A stretch of 64,000 bases of DNA from an uncultured virus (IMG/VR IMGVR_UViG_3300014043_000005) (lineage: Duplodnaviria > Heunggongvirae > Uroviricota > Caudoviricetes): the IMG/VR virus record IMGVR_UViG_3300014043_000005. One strand, 5' to 3'. The notes beneath the pieces are model-generated. The model did not search any database. It was not told the DNA's origin and saw nothing but the letters and a program-made list of their open reading frames with translations. Positions 54,850 through 64,000 of the stretch are shown one piece after another; position 1 is the first letter of the stretch, and each line of letters starts with the position of its first letter. The position numbers and the translations under genes are program-made.

Positions 54850-55082
54850 GATTGCAATGATAGCATGTGTTCACAATTATGGTTATTATTAATTAATGTT
54901 TTGATGGTTAACGCAAACTGGTTCATGATAGCAATGCACGCATAAATGATTATTAATGATAAAATAATTGTAATAATGATTTATTATATTTTCAGTCAGA
55001 ATCGGCGTGTCATGATTTGAAAAACATGCTCGCATATGTTATCATGAACACAGTTGAAAAACACGGGAAGGAAACCGCTATC

Positions 55083-56057
55083 ATGTGGACGGATGACAAT
55101 GAACTCATTGAATGCGACTGGTGCGGTGAATCATTCAATGATTATGAACTCACTGAATGCAAGGAACCCATGTGCAATAAACAGTATTGCTCGGATTGCA
55201 TTGAACGGCATTGCCTGCAGTGCGTGTCCTGTGAACGGACTTATTGTCTGGATGAACTCATTGAATGCAGTGAATGCGGCGCGTTTGTATGTGAACGCTG
55301 CATTGAAAAATGTGAAATCTGCGATGCGTTCCTGTGCCGTTATTGCAATAACGAACATGATTGCGAATACATTGAAACAGTGAAACCGGAATATACTGCC
55401 ACACCGGAGGGTTTTTCAATTGGAGTGGAAATTGAGGTTCCTGGCGTGCATGATCACTGGAGTTTTGCTAACAGCGAACTCATCGCCGGATGGGAACATG
55501 ATGGTTCACTCGGTGACATCGGCGCGATTGAATACCAATCCCAGCCGTTCACATATGATGAGAATGCCATCAATGAACTCACCGGACTCATTGATTCAGT
55601 GAGACTGGATGTTAATGGGAATCCGAATGACGCTGGCGGTCATATTCATGTTCAGCGCACGCCGCGCCAGAATGCGGATGCGTGGATGGAAGCATTGCTT
55701 GCATTGAATGCGGATGAATGCAATGCGTTCAACATGCGGCATGCTGATTGCGAACGGAATTATTATTGTATGCCGATTCCATCACATACCGGTAAGCATT
55801 GTCTGGTGAATGATGAGCATGAGAACACCATTGAAATCCGTTCATTCGGATGCTGGTGGCATGAATCCAGCGCGTCATTCGCGCCTGCCGTTGAATGGTT
55901 GCATGAAATGTGGGAATGGTTTGAAACGCCTAACCCTGTCATTGGACACAATGGAATCAGGAATCATGATGCCGCGATGCGCGCGATCCGTGAACATGCG
56001 CATGAAACAGCCGAACGCATCTTGAACCCCAAGCCTCCATTAAGGCGACGGGCGTAG
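55083..56057 (+). CDS. Cys-rich N-terminus fused to a putative amidoligase (COOH-NH2 ligase type 2) domain
   Basis: GVEIEV, DGSL, EYQS.P, GGHIHV and TIEIRSF motifs. TTGAAA-N17-TATCAT promoter and ACACGGGAAGG leader. Confidence 0.75.
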   Translation: MWTDDNELIECDWCGESFNDYELTECKEPMCNKQYCSDCIERHCLQCVSCERTYCLDELIECSECGAFVCERCIEKCEICDAFLCRYCNNEHDCEYIETVKPEYTATPEGFSIGVEIEVPGVHDHWSFANSELIAGWEHDGSLGDIGAIEYQSQPFTYDENAINELTGLIDSVRLDVNGNPNDAGGHIHVQRTPRQNADAWMEALLALNADECNAFNMRHADCERNYYCMPIPSHTGKHCLVNDEHENTIEIRSFGCWWHESSASFAPAVEWLHEMWEWFETPNPVIGHNGIRNHDAAMRAIREHAHETAERILNPKPPLRRRA

Positions 56058-56091
56058 GAATCCCCAGCCTTCAGGCAGGGGAGGAAGTCAA
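56024..56091 (+). mobile_element. Orphan IS200/IS605 right-end fragment
   Basis: GAACCCCAAGCCTCCATTAAGGCGAC...GGAATCCCC...GGGGAGGAAGTCAA, nearly identical to 32574-32640. Confidence 0.85.
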
Positions 56092-56374
56092 TAGAACCTA
56101 TGTCCGGCATGGCGATGTTTGAAAACAGTGAACGTTTTAATGATGCGTTTCCCTGATTATTCTCACTGGATGCTTATGATATGCGACAAGTGTCAACATG
56201 ATTCCAATGATGAAACCAATTATGTTCATGTTAATTAAACTTTCTTCCAAAACTTATAATAATAATTATAATCATAGAATATGATTCTTAACAGGAATAG
56301 TATAATTAATAATGATTATAATGATTTCACGGGATATTCACATTATGGTGATTTTGCAGGAAGGATAAATCATA

Positions 56375-56848
56375 ATGGTTGATTTGATTGATTGGAAAAC
56401 AGCATTGAAAGCGAATCCGGGTGCGTTGGATGGCAAATGGGCGTCATTTGACTCATTCACCGGCCAGCACATGGAAGGCATTGTATTCACTGATAACAGG
56501 AAGAACCTGCTATTGCAGACAGCGGCGGATGCACCAGCGGATGGCACTGACGATAAACGCCAACCGGGGTTGAACACGAAACCTCATGGCATTCCGTTCA
56601 TGCAGCATCTCGGCGGTACGTTCGTTCCTGATCCCACTGTGTTCACTGCAAGCATCCGTGTCATTGAACCGTTCAGCATGCCTCGCATCCTGCTATTGGA
56701 CGGAACTAATCTGAGCGGTGATTTCAAACCTCATGGTGATAATGCGTATGATGTCATCCTGTTGGATGGCAGGAAACTTCTGGTTCCATTGACGGCAGTG
56801 AAATATGTCGTTCAGACGGTATTGGATGAAGGGAATCCTTTCGCATGA
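56375..56848 (+). CDS. Hypothetical protein
   Basis: RBS GGAAGGA. Overlaps the next ORF (ATGA). Confidence 0.7.
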   Translation: MVDLIDWKTALKANPGALDGKWASFDSFTGQHMEGIVFTDNRKNLLLQTAADAPADGTDDKRQPGLNTKPHGIPFMQHLGGTFVPDPTVFTASIRVIEPFSMPRILLLDGTNLSGDFKPHGDNAYDVILLDGRKLLVPLTAVKYVVQTVLDEGNPFA

Positions 56849-57420
56849 TTGCATTCATTATCCCGCCATTAATGTTGAAGGAAAACTGGACGCCGATTGA
56901 TGTGTTCGCTGAGGCATTCAAAAACGAATGGTCGTTAACGAATAAACCTGCGTTTTTCATTCTCATTGCCAGCATAGTCTCATTAGCAACATTATATAAA
57001 CGTGCGAACAGCAAAAAAATCAAGGTGGAATCAAGAAGAACAGCGGCACGCATGCTGAAATGGCTTCTTGTTCCATTGACTATCGCGATTTTCATCACCG
57101 GATGGATTAACCTGACTCATATAGGTAATTTCATACTGGGAATATGCGGTGCGATTGTTCTCGTTTTCATGCTTGGAGCAGTTGCGTCGGATTGGGGCAA
57201 ACCATCGGAACCAGTGAAATATGCGTATCGTGATGGTTATGCCACACGGGAAACTGGACGCATTGTGAACACGTATACAGGGGAAGTCCGTTACATGAGC
57301 GATCTGCATGATGGACGGAAACTTCCATCCGGGTTTGTTATCGCGGATGATTTCACCAAGGTTGATATTGATCCCGGTTTGAAACTGCATGATGCGCCAT
57401 TAAGCAAACGATTCATGTGA
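56845..57420 (+). CDS. Membrane protein
   Basis: Three hydrophobic segments. Translationally coupled to the previous gene. Terminator at ~57436-57490. Confidence 0.7.
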   Translation: MIAFIIPPLMLKENWTPIDVFAEAFKNEWSLTNKPAFFILIASIVSLATLYKRANSKKIKVESRRTAARMLKWLLVPLTIAIFITGWINLTHIGNFILGICGAIVLVFMLGAVASDWGKPSEPVKYAYRDGYATRETGRIVNTYTGEVRYMSDLHDGRKLPSGFVIADDFTKVDIDPGLKLHDAPLSKRFM

Positions 57421-58029
57421 ATAATACTCCTTTAACGGGAATGAACACAATGAGAACATGCCGTGTTCATTCCCGTTTTAGTTTTTTTTTCAGATGAACC
57501 AGTATGGAATAATTTGAATGATTATGGTTTCCGTGTTGGTTCGCATAATCCGATTATCATAAATGAGCCTCTATCATGCTGTCTCAAAAAAGAATCGCCG
57601 CCGTCACTGGTCGCTCATGTGAATGTCCGTAAGCCTGTAATCATTCCCGTGTCCTGCTGCATGCGTATCCTGCTGCATGCATGTGAACACCAGTATCTCT
57701 AACCGTTCGAGTCGCGCCGACACATAACCGTGCCCTGATGCTCGCGCCCCCGTATGCTCACCCTGAAACTCACACGGGTACTCCCTGCTTGCTTTCAGGT
57801 GAACCAGGTCAGAATGAGTTTTTGAACAGTATGATTATATAATGATAATCCATGATAATATGATTATATTGCAAACATTAACCTTATGCTATTGAAAAAT
57901 GTTAATCTTTTTTGTTGCAAGCATTGAATACAATCATCATCAGATGCGGTTCCATTATTTAATTATTAGCGCATGTCTTGAACGCATTTGCAAACATTCA
58001 ATAACCGGTTCACCTGAAAGCGGACTTAT

Positions 58030-59449
58030 CAAATTATTGTGCTGGAATACCCCTATTTTTAAATATGAGGGATGACAGCGCAATATCTAACTAAAAAGTT
58101 AAAAAATAACATTTAAAAGTTGCATACTAGTGGGAGAGTGTGATATCATAGTAAGTATGACAACAGCAGGTAATAATATGCAGACTGTCAGGTATAATTA
58201 CCGATTGTACCCGACTAAAACTCAAGAGACTGTGTTGAACCGCCTCTTTGGGTGCTGCCGTGTTGTCTATAATGATACTATTGATTTCTTTAATAATAAT
58301 TTTAACCCTAATAATCAGAGTAAACTACCAACCGCAGCGAATGCTAGTAAACAAATACTAACAAGTGCTAAGAAAACCGTTAAGAGAGCCTTTCTGAAGG
58401 AAGTCTCCAGTGTCGCACTTCAGCAGGAGTTCCGTAATGCTTGGTTAGCTTGTTTGCATGGTGTAAGTCATACTAGTAATCAGAAACCAGCAAAGCGTAA
58501 GACTAAGAAGCATAATCCAGTGAACTCAGCTAACTTCACTAGTAATGGTTTCAGTATTAACCAGCATGGTGTGTATATATCGAAAATCGGGGTTATTAAA
58601 ACCAAGTGGTCACGCCCCATGCCTAGTGAACCAACTAGTTGCACTATTAGTCATGCTAGGAATGGTCGTTGGTATGCTAGTTTTGTTGTTAAGCGTCCTA
58701 AAACACCATTCGCGCAGTGTGATAATAATGCTGGCATTGACATGGGACTCACTGATATGGCTACGATTGTTAATACGAAAGGTGATAGGTGGAAGATAGC
58801 AAACCCGCGTAATTACGCTAAAATACAGGATAAGATTGGTCGTTTACAGCGACACCTTAGTAAGCAGACTAAAGGTTCTAAGAGGTATGAGCGAACCCGC
58901 CATCAGATAGCATTACTCTATTCTAAGGCTCATGATGCCCTTGCTGATTACCAATGGAAGAATGTTCTCAATATCATACGCGAGACCCAAGCTATTGGTG
59001 TTGAGACACTTGACATTAAAAGTATGACTGCTAAGCATGGTAAGAGTGTACGTGATGCTTCTATGCGTTCATTCCTTAATAAACTGGGTTCTAAGGCTGA
59101 TGAGCATTGTAGGGTTATTATCCGGCTTAATCAGTGGTTGGTTACGACTAAAGTGTGTGCTCTTTGTAAGCATAAGTTGAAGGTTGGGTTGCCTGAGTAT
59201 GCTAGGCATTGGGTGTGCCCGAAGTGTGGGGCTCACCTGGATCGTGATTATAATGCTGCTCTTAATATCCTCGACGCGGCAGGGCTTGCCGGGTCGTTAA
59301 ATGCGCGTGGAGGGAGCGTAATATCATTCTTAGCTTCTGCTGAGAATGGCTGCTCTCGTAGAACCGCGTACCACCCTAATTTCTAGTGATTAGAGTTCGC
59401 TAGTATACGGTTAGGAATCACCCGACTTTAGTCGTGGTGAGGAAGTCAA
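58030..59449 (+). mobile_element. TnpB-only IS200/IS605-family element
   Basis: CTTAT|CAAA left junction and LE hairpin. RE GGAATCACCCGACTTTAGTCGTGGTGAGGAAGTCAA. Composition differs from the backbone. Confidence 0.85.
58130..59386 (+). CDS. tnpB: RNA-guided endonuclease TnpB
   Basis: RYNYRLYPT, GIDMG / ETL / DRD RuvC residues, CALC...CPKC. True start probably 58157 or 58178. Confidence 0.93.
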   Translation: MGECDIIVSMTTAGNNMQTVRYNYRLYPTKTQETVLNRLFGCCRVVYNDTIDFFNNNFNPNNQSKLPTAANASKQILTSAKKTVKRAFLKEVSSVALQQEFRNAWLACLHGVSHTSNQKPAKRKTKKHNPVNSANFTSNGFSINQHGVYISKIGVIKTKWSRPMPSEPTSCTISHARNGRWYASFVVKRPKTPFAQCDNNAGIDMGLTDMATIVNTKGDRWKIANPRNYAKIQDKIGRLQRHLSKQTKGSKRYERTRHQIALLYSKAHDALADYQWKNVLNIIRETQAIGVETLDIKSMTAKHGKSVRDASMRSFLNKLGSKADEHCRVIIRLNQWLVTTKVCALCKHKLKVGLPEYARHWVCPKCGAHLDRDYNAALNILDAAGLAGSLNARGGSVISFLASAENGCSRRTAYHPNF

Positions 59450-60399
59450 AATTCATATGGATTAATTTGAATAACATGTGGCATTATTCAAATTTCACAG
59501 TGGTTCACCTGAAAGCGATACTGCAACAAGCGGATAATTCTGATTGCATTGTTAACATAATCAGTATGATTTTTTCATTGAATTCATGAATACGGGAAAC
59601 CGTGAAAATCGATGCCGTTCACAGAGCGCAGAATAATAGGCTCTGTGGACGGCTGTTTTAACCGGAATCACGGAAAACCCTGTTTTCGATGCGTGTCTCA
59701 TGAAACATATAGAATCGCCGTCAGAATCGAAATAAGAGTTTTTTATGATGTGAAAAATCACCATGAATACTCTGAACAACGCATCATCCTGAACTCTTGA
59801 AAATGGCTTTTTAACCTGGTTCACCTGAAAGCAAGCAGGGAGTACCCGTGTGAGTTTCAGGGTGAGCAATCAGCGCGACCAGTATGGCTGGCTCCGACTG
59901 GTACAGTGGACAGTATTCATATACGGGCTGGCATCATGCAGGCAACAACGTGATGGATACGGGCAACATGTGACGGAGGCGATTCTATTTTGAAAACAGC
60001 ACTTACGATAGATGTGATTTGATGTGGTTTCAGCCCTGCTCTGCTCAGTTTGCATCTATGACGAAAACCGCGTAGTCGTTGCCCTTGCGGTAGGAACTGC
60101 GCATCGTACACGTCGCATTCGGAGCGAATGACATGACAGCGGAACTATTGGATGGTTTGCTGTCATGTGATTTCGGTGAATGCATGAAACCTTGTTCACA
60201 GGGCGACATTGGTTATGCGAAGTCACTCATGGGTGTTGCGCGGAATGAATTGAGCATGGATGATTTCCGATTGTTCATTTGGATGCGAACAATGAATGCA
60301 TGTGAGCGGTACGCGCCGGTTTTGCGCGTAATAATATGCTTGCAATGTTTGATGATGCGATGCACAATGAGATTGCTTATATTATGAGTCATGGTTTGA

Positions 60400-61311
60400 A
60401 TGCTTATCGGTTCTCATGCTATCATTGGCTGCATGATATCAAATGATGAAATGCAGGAAATTCGGGATTACATTGACAGTTTGATGCATGAGCATGGCGG
60501 AAACGGGTATTATGATAAGATGTATGCCGTCAGTGAGATTCCCGCGTTTGAAACCATTGTTAATTACAGTAATGCGAACATTGGACTCATTCATGAGTAT
60601 GTGAATGATTATGTGGAAACCGGTAGGGTGAGGTCATTCCTTGCAGGTTCGGACATTTATAATTCAGTGTCATTTTTCAATGAGTTGAATATTTTCATTT
60701 ATCATCATCATGATTATGATAATCTGGTTCCTAAGAATATTCGTGATGCAATGCGCACATGGACAATGTTATGTGTTCCACATGGTATTATGAATGCTAA
60801 TGGGTTCAAATTGACATCATCTTTTTCATCTATGAGTCAATACATGCATTATCTCATGCGTAAAAATGATATGAATAACAGTGAAATCAGTCATGCTCTT
60901 GCTGACCCGTCATATTATCCGCGTGTCATTCGTGATGAAACCGATGCATTCATTGGGGATGTCATTAACGGGAACCGTCGTAATACTGAAACCTTATTGA
61001 AATTCATAATGAAATATAATGAACCTGTATCATCATATGATTTGGATACATTGGTTTCAAATGAAACCATTATGAGCATATCATATGACGATATGCTTCC
61101 CGGTATTCTCATGACTGATAATTGGAATGAACGCCTTGCATTCATGAAAGCATTCAATATTATGAAAACATATGCTGATGTCATAAGTGATTTCAATGGG
61201 AACATGACATTGAATGATGCGATGCCAGCATTAATAGAAAATATGAATGGAATGCCTTTTGAATACACGTTGGAAATAATGAAAACCGGTATGCCTGATT
61301 GCGTATCATAA
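60400..61311 (+). CDS. Hypothetical helical protein (P.EY..E family)
   Basis: C-terminal GMPFEYTLEIMK. Confidence 0.65.
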   Translation: MLIGSHAIIGCMISNDEMQEIRDYIDSLMHEHGGNGYYDKMYAVSEIPAFETIVNYSNANIGLIHEYVNDYVETGRVRSFLAGSDIYNSVSFFNELNIFIYHHHDYDNLVPKNIRDAMRTWTMLCVPHGIMNANGFKLTSSFSSMSQYMHYLMRKNDMNNSEISHALADPSYYPRVIRDETDAFIGDVINGNRRNTETLLKFIMKYNEPVSSYDLDTLVSNETIMSISYDDMLPGILMTDNWNERLAFMKAFNIMKTYADVISDFNGNMTLNDAMPALIENMNGMPFEYTLEIMKTGMPDCVS

Positions 61312-62011
61312 TTGATGGCATGCATTCAAATGTTGGCATTATGAATATGGAATTGAAAACAGCTGGTGAACGCGGGATGCCAATGGAATTGAACGCAATA
61401 TCGGTGGATGCGCATGATTATGATTTCAAGTATTTGCATGGATTCGTTGATGACTATGAGCATATCTCATACTGGACGCATTGAACCGAGGAGATTATTG
61501 ATGAGTCCCATCATCGCGGAATATCATCAGTATGTCATGAATCATGATTAGCGTGAGAATATTGATGACGAATCCGAATTATTTGAAAACATGGAATGGC
61601 ATTCTGGATGAAAGCAAAATGATTAAATTGGATTATTATAATCATGATTCGATGCGTGCGTTATTGAATCCTATGAACAATCATTGAAAACAATGGAATC
61701 ATAATGCATCAATTCATTGCAGGTACCATTGAATGCTTTATTATTGCGTGATTGCAAACAGGTGATTAATGATTACTCAATGGAATATTGCACGGGAACA
61801 ATCGAAAATTATTACTCATTCATGATATTTATATGCTATCATTGTAGACAAATGAAATCATTCTGAAAGGAACATGATATGACTGTTAATATTATTCTCA
61901 TGTTCCATGCGTCCCATCATTGAACATGAAACTATTCCATGTGAACAATGATGATAGCATGGAAACAACATGATAACAAGCATTTATTATATTTTTTGAT
62001 GGGAGTTTAAC

Positions 62012-63154
62012 ATGATTGATTTAACTGATTTGGATACTGGTTTGCGTTCGATGGAAACCAGACTTGATGTGAACGAATTGATTGCACGTAATGATGCTAT
62101 TCGTTCAATGATGGATTCATCGGATTATTGGGTACGGCGTGGTGATGATGCCAGCATGATAGCAAGTGAACTCACACGGAACCAGAAATTATTGGATGAT
62201 TACACTGGTTTGAAAAACGACATCGCTGGTTTGCATGATTACACTGAACTCATGAATGATGATGAACTCACGGATGATGACCGCAATTGTCTCATTGCGG
62301 AACATGATAGGCTCATGAACGCATTGAATGCAATGCGATTGGACATCGCAGTGAGCGGCATTGATTATGCGGACAGGGACGCGATTATCACGATTCATGC
62401 TGGTTCAGGCGGAACGGAATCGGAAAACTGGTGCTGGATGCTATCACGAATGTATATGCGTTATGTTGAAACCAATGATTACAATTCGGACATTGATGAT
62501 GTCGCTTATGGTGATGGCGGCGCAGGTTATGATTTATTGCGTTCAATCAGCATCCGGATAAGCAAACAGAAGAATCACCATTATGATGGCATGTATTCAT
62601 TTCCATTTGCGTTATTTTCACGGGAAGCGGGACGGCAGAAACTCATCAGAATCTCACCTTTTGACAAGAATCATCGCAGGCAAACCAGCGTGTGCTCAGT
62701 TGATGTGATTCCTGTTTTAGATGAACACATTACAAGCATTAAAGACATTATAATCGATCCGAAAGATTTGAAAACCGATGTGTTCTGCGCATCCGGGCCG
62801 GGTGGACAATGCGTGAACACTACGTATTCAGCTGTCCGTCTGACGCATATTCCAACTGGTATTGTAGTCAGTCAACAGGATGAACGTGATCAGCATCGTA
62901 ATCGTGAGAAAGCAATGCTTGTATTGAAAACGCGGTTATTATTGTTGAAACAACAGGAACAGAAGGAGAAGCTGAAATCACTGGGCAATGATGTTGGTAC
63001 TACAATGGGTGGAACAATCCGGAATTATGTCCTGTATCCTTATGAACAGGTTAAGGATACACGGACTGGATGCGTTGCAACCAATGTGGACATCATGCTG
63101 GAAACAGGTGAAGGATTAGATGATTTCCTGCGCACGGAACTATTCGTTTTATAA
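62012..63154 (+). CDS. prfB: Peptide chain release factor 2 homolog
   Basis: AGSGGTES..W, RISPFD (SPF specificity motif), GPGGQ.VNTT.SAVRLTHIPTG and IRNYVL.PY..VKD.RTG. Confidence 0.92.
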   Translation: MIDLTDLDTGLRSMETRLDVNELIARNDAIRSMMDSSDYWVRRGDDASMIASELTRNQKLLDDYTGLKNDIAGLHDYTELMNDDELTDDDRNCLIAEHDRLMNALNAMRLDIAVSGIDYADRDAIITIHAGSGGTESENWCWMLSRMYMRYVETNDYNSDIDDVAYGDGGAGYDLLRSISIRISKQKNHHYDGMYSFPFALFSREAGRQKLIRISPFDKNHRRQTSVCSVDVIPVLDEHITSIKDIIIDPKDLKTDVFCASGPGGQCVNTTYSAVRLTHIPTGIVVSQQDERDQHRNREKAMLVLKTRLLLLKQQEQKEKLKSLGNDVGTTMGGTIRNYVLYPYEQVKDTRTGCVATNVDIMLETGEGLDDFLRTELFVL

Positions 63155-63211
63155 TCAATGCATGTGATATTTCCACATTGCGTTCAATGAGAACAGGAAA
63201 GCAGGTGGATT

Positions 63212-63583
63212 ATGTCGAATGATGAGATTTTCAAGATGCATGGAATACTGGTACCATTTATTTTCATTGCGTTTCATCTTGTCGGTTCACTGACTGCGGT
63301 TCATCCATTATGGCTTGCGATAATAATCGGATTCATTGACATCATTGGAGGCAGTGTGTTAATGTCATTCATCATCACCGTTACATGGTTGAATGGACAT
63401 TTGGATAAATTCAGGAATGGTATTATAATCAGTGTCATCATCATGCTTGCAGGTGCATTCACTTTCATGCCGCCGAGCTGGATGGGAGTTTTGACAACCG
63501 TGCTGCTGGCAGGTGAATACGCGCTCATATGGGCGTGTGCGACGAATAATCCAGTGGATGAACAGCCAACTGAGGAATGGTGA
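63212..63583 (+). CDS. Four-TM membrane protein
   Basis: Four hydrophobic segments and an upstream RBS. Confidence 0.65.
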   Translation: MSNDEIFKMHGILVPFIFIAFHLVGSLTAVHPLWLAIIIGFIDIIGGSVLMSFIITVTWLNGHLDKFRNGIIISVIIMLAGAFTFMPPSWMGVLTTVLLAGEYALIWACATNNPVDEQPTEEW

Positions 63584-64000
63584 ACTAGTGATGCCGTTAA
63601 AAGTGAACATATTGTGATCATTTGATGGCGGTGCCATTCATGATTGGCATTTCATATGAGTGTTTTGCTGTAATCATAATGTTGACATGAGCGCATAATC
63701 AATGAACATACCATTGGCTGTTGCATGTGATATAATGCTTATATGATAACCGGTATTGATTACAATGATTCCAATGCAATCATTCATGATGATACGCATG
63801 GCGATGTAACCGTGCGATTGGATAACATTGGGAACATGCGCATGGATGGTTTCAATATTAACGGGAAACCATTGGATTGGATGCATCGCGCGATCATTTG
63901 TCGTGAAATCATCGATTACGCGAACAAACATGACATGGATGTTGCCCTCATTGATTCAAGTGGAATCATACGATACGCAAGCATTGAAAACATGCTGACA

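Larger units (their letters stand above)
57755..59868. repeat. Inverted-repeat-bounded module B (perfect 55-bp IRs) containing a TnpB element
   Basis: 57755-57809 is the exact reverse complement of 59814-59868. Short cores at ~58005-58022 and ~59503-59517. Palindromic repeat copy 5 at 59598-59735. Confidence 0.92.

Noticed and set aside
8929..59386. TnpB proteins as Cas12f or catalytically dead TldR
   Set aside because: Both retain the D/E/D RuvC residues, sit within IS ends, and have no array.
338..59868. Dispersed repeats as a CRISPR array
   Set aside because: Copies are kilobases apart, in both orientations, with no regular spacers and no cas genes.
35309..59869. Short ORFs overlapping the long repeats (e.g. 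35309, 36399, 36462, 53294, 59561, 59612)
   Set aside because: Shared peptides arise only from the DNA repeat. Starts, frames and lengths are not conserved.
47656..63154. Ordinary chromosomal housekeeping region
   Set aside because: The sec genes and prfB lack their usual chromosomal neighbours, and the context is hypothetical genes and mobile-element genes.
1..64000. TAG stop-codon reassignment
   Set aside because: Very long ORFs are intact in code 11 and I found no conserved gene split by TAG. The PD-(D/E)XK truncation is at TGA.

Overview
AT-rich window (about 40% GC by eye) of a large extrachromosomal element (megaplasmid- or jumbo-phage-like). The host is probably Bifidobacteriaceae, because the SecA, SecY, SecG and SecE N-termini and motifs resemble bifidobacterial ones as I recall them (not database-checked). 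Main contents: (1) A complete diversity-generating retroelement (DGR) with an unusual layout: RT on the minus strand, divergent from an avd-like gene; TR on the plus strand; target gene convergent on the minus strand. TR and VR differ almost only at TR adenines, plus a C11/C5 tract difference. The target is a signal-peptide-bearing DUF6273/CLec-like protein directly downstream of a 2268-aa sortase-anchored adhesin. (2) A compact secE-secG-secY-secA operon and a stand-alone RF2 homolog. (3) A Mom-like DNA-modification gene and a 1583-aa nuclease-helicase-methyltransferase fusion. (4) Two intact TnpB-only IS200/IS605-type elements and several remnants. (5) A dispersed, two-fold symmetric non-coding module (55-bp inverted repeats, a GGTTCACCTGAAAG core and a palindromic ~140-bp element) that repeatedly hosts IS insertions. 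(6) GACAC-box promoters driving short genes, a tRNA-like gene, and strong CATG enrichment. No capsid, terminase, T4SS or rep gene was recognised, so the element type remains unresolved.
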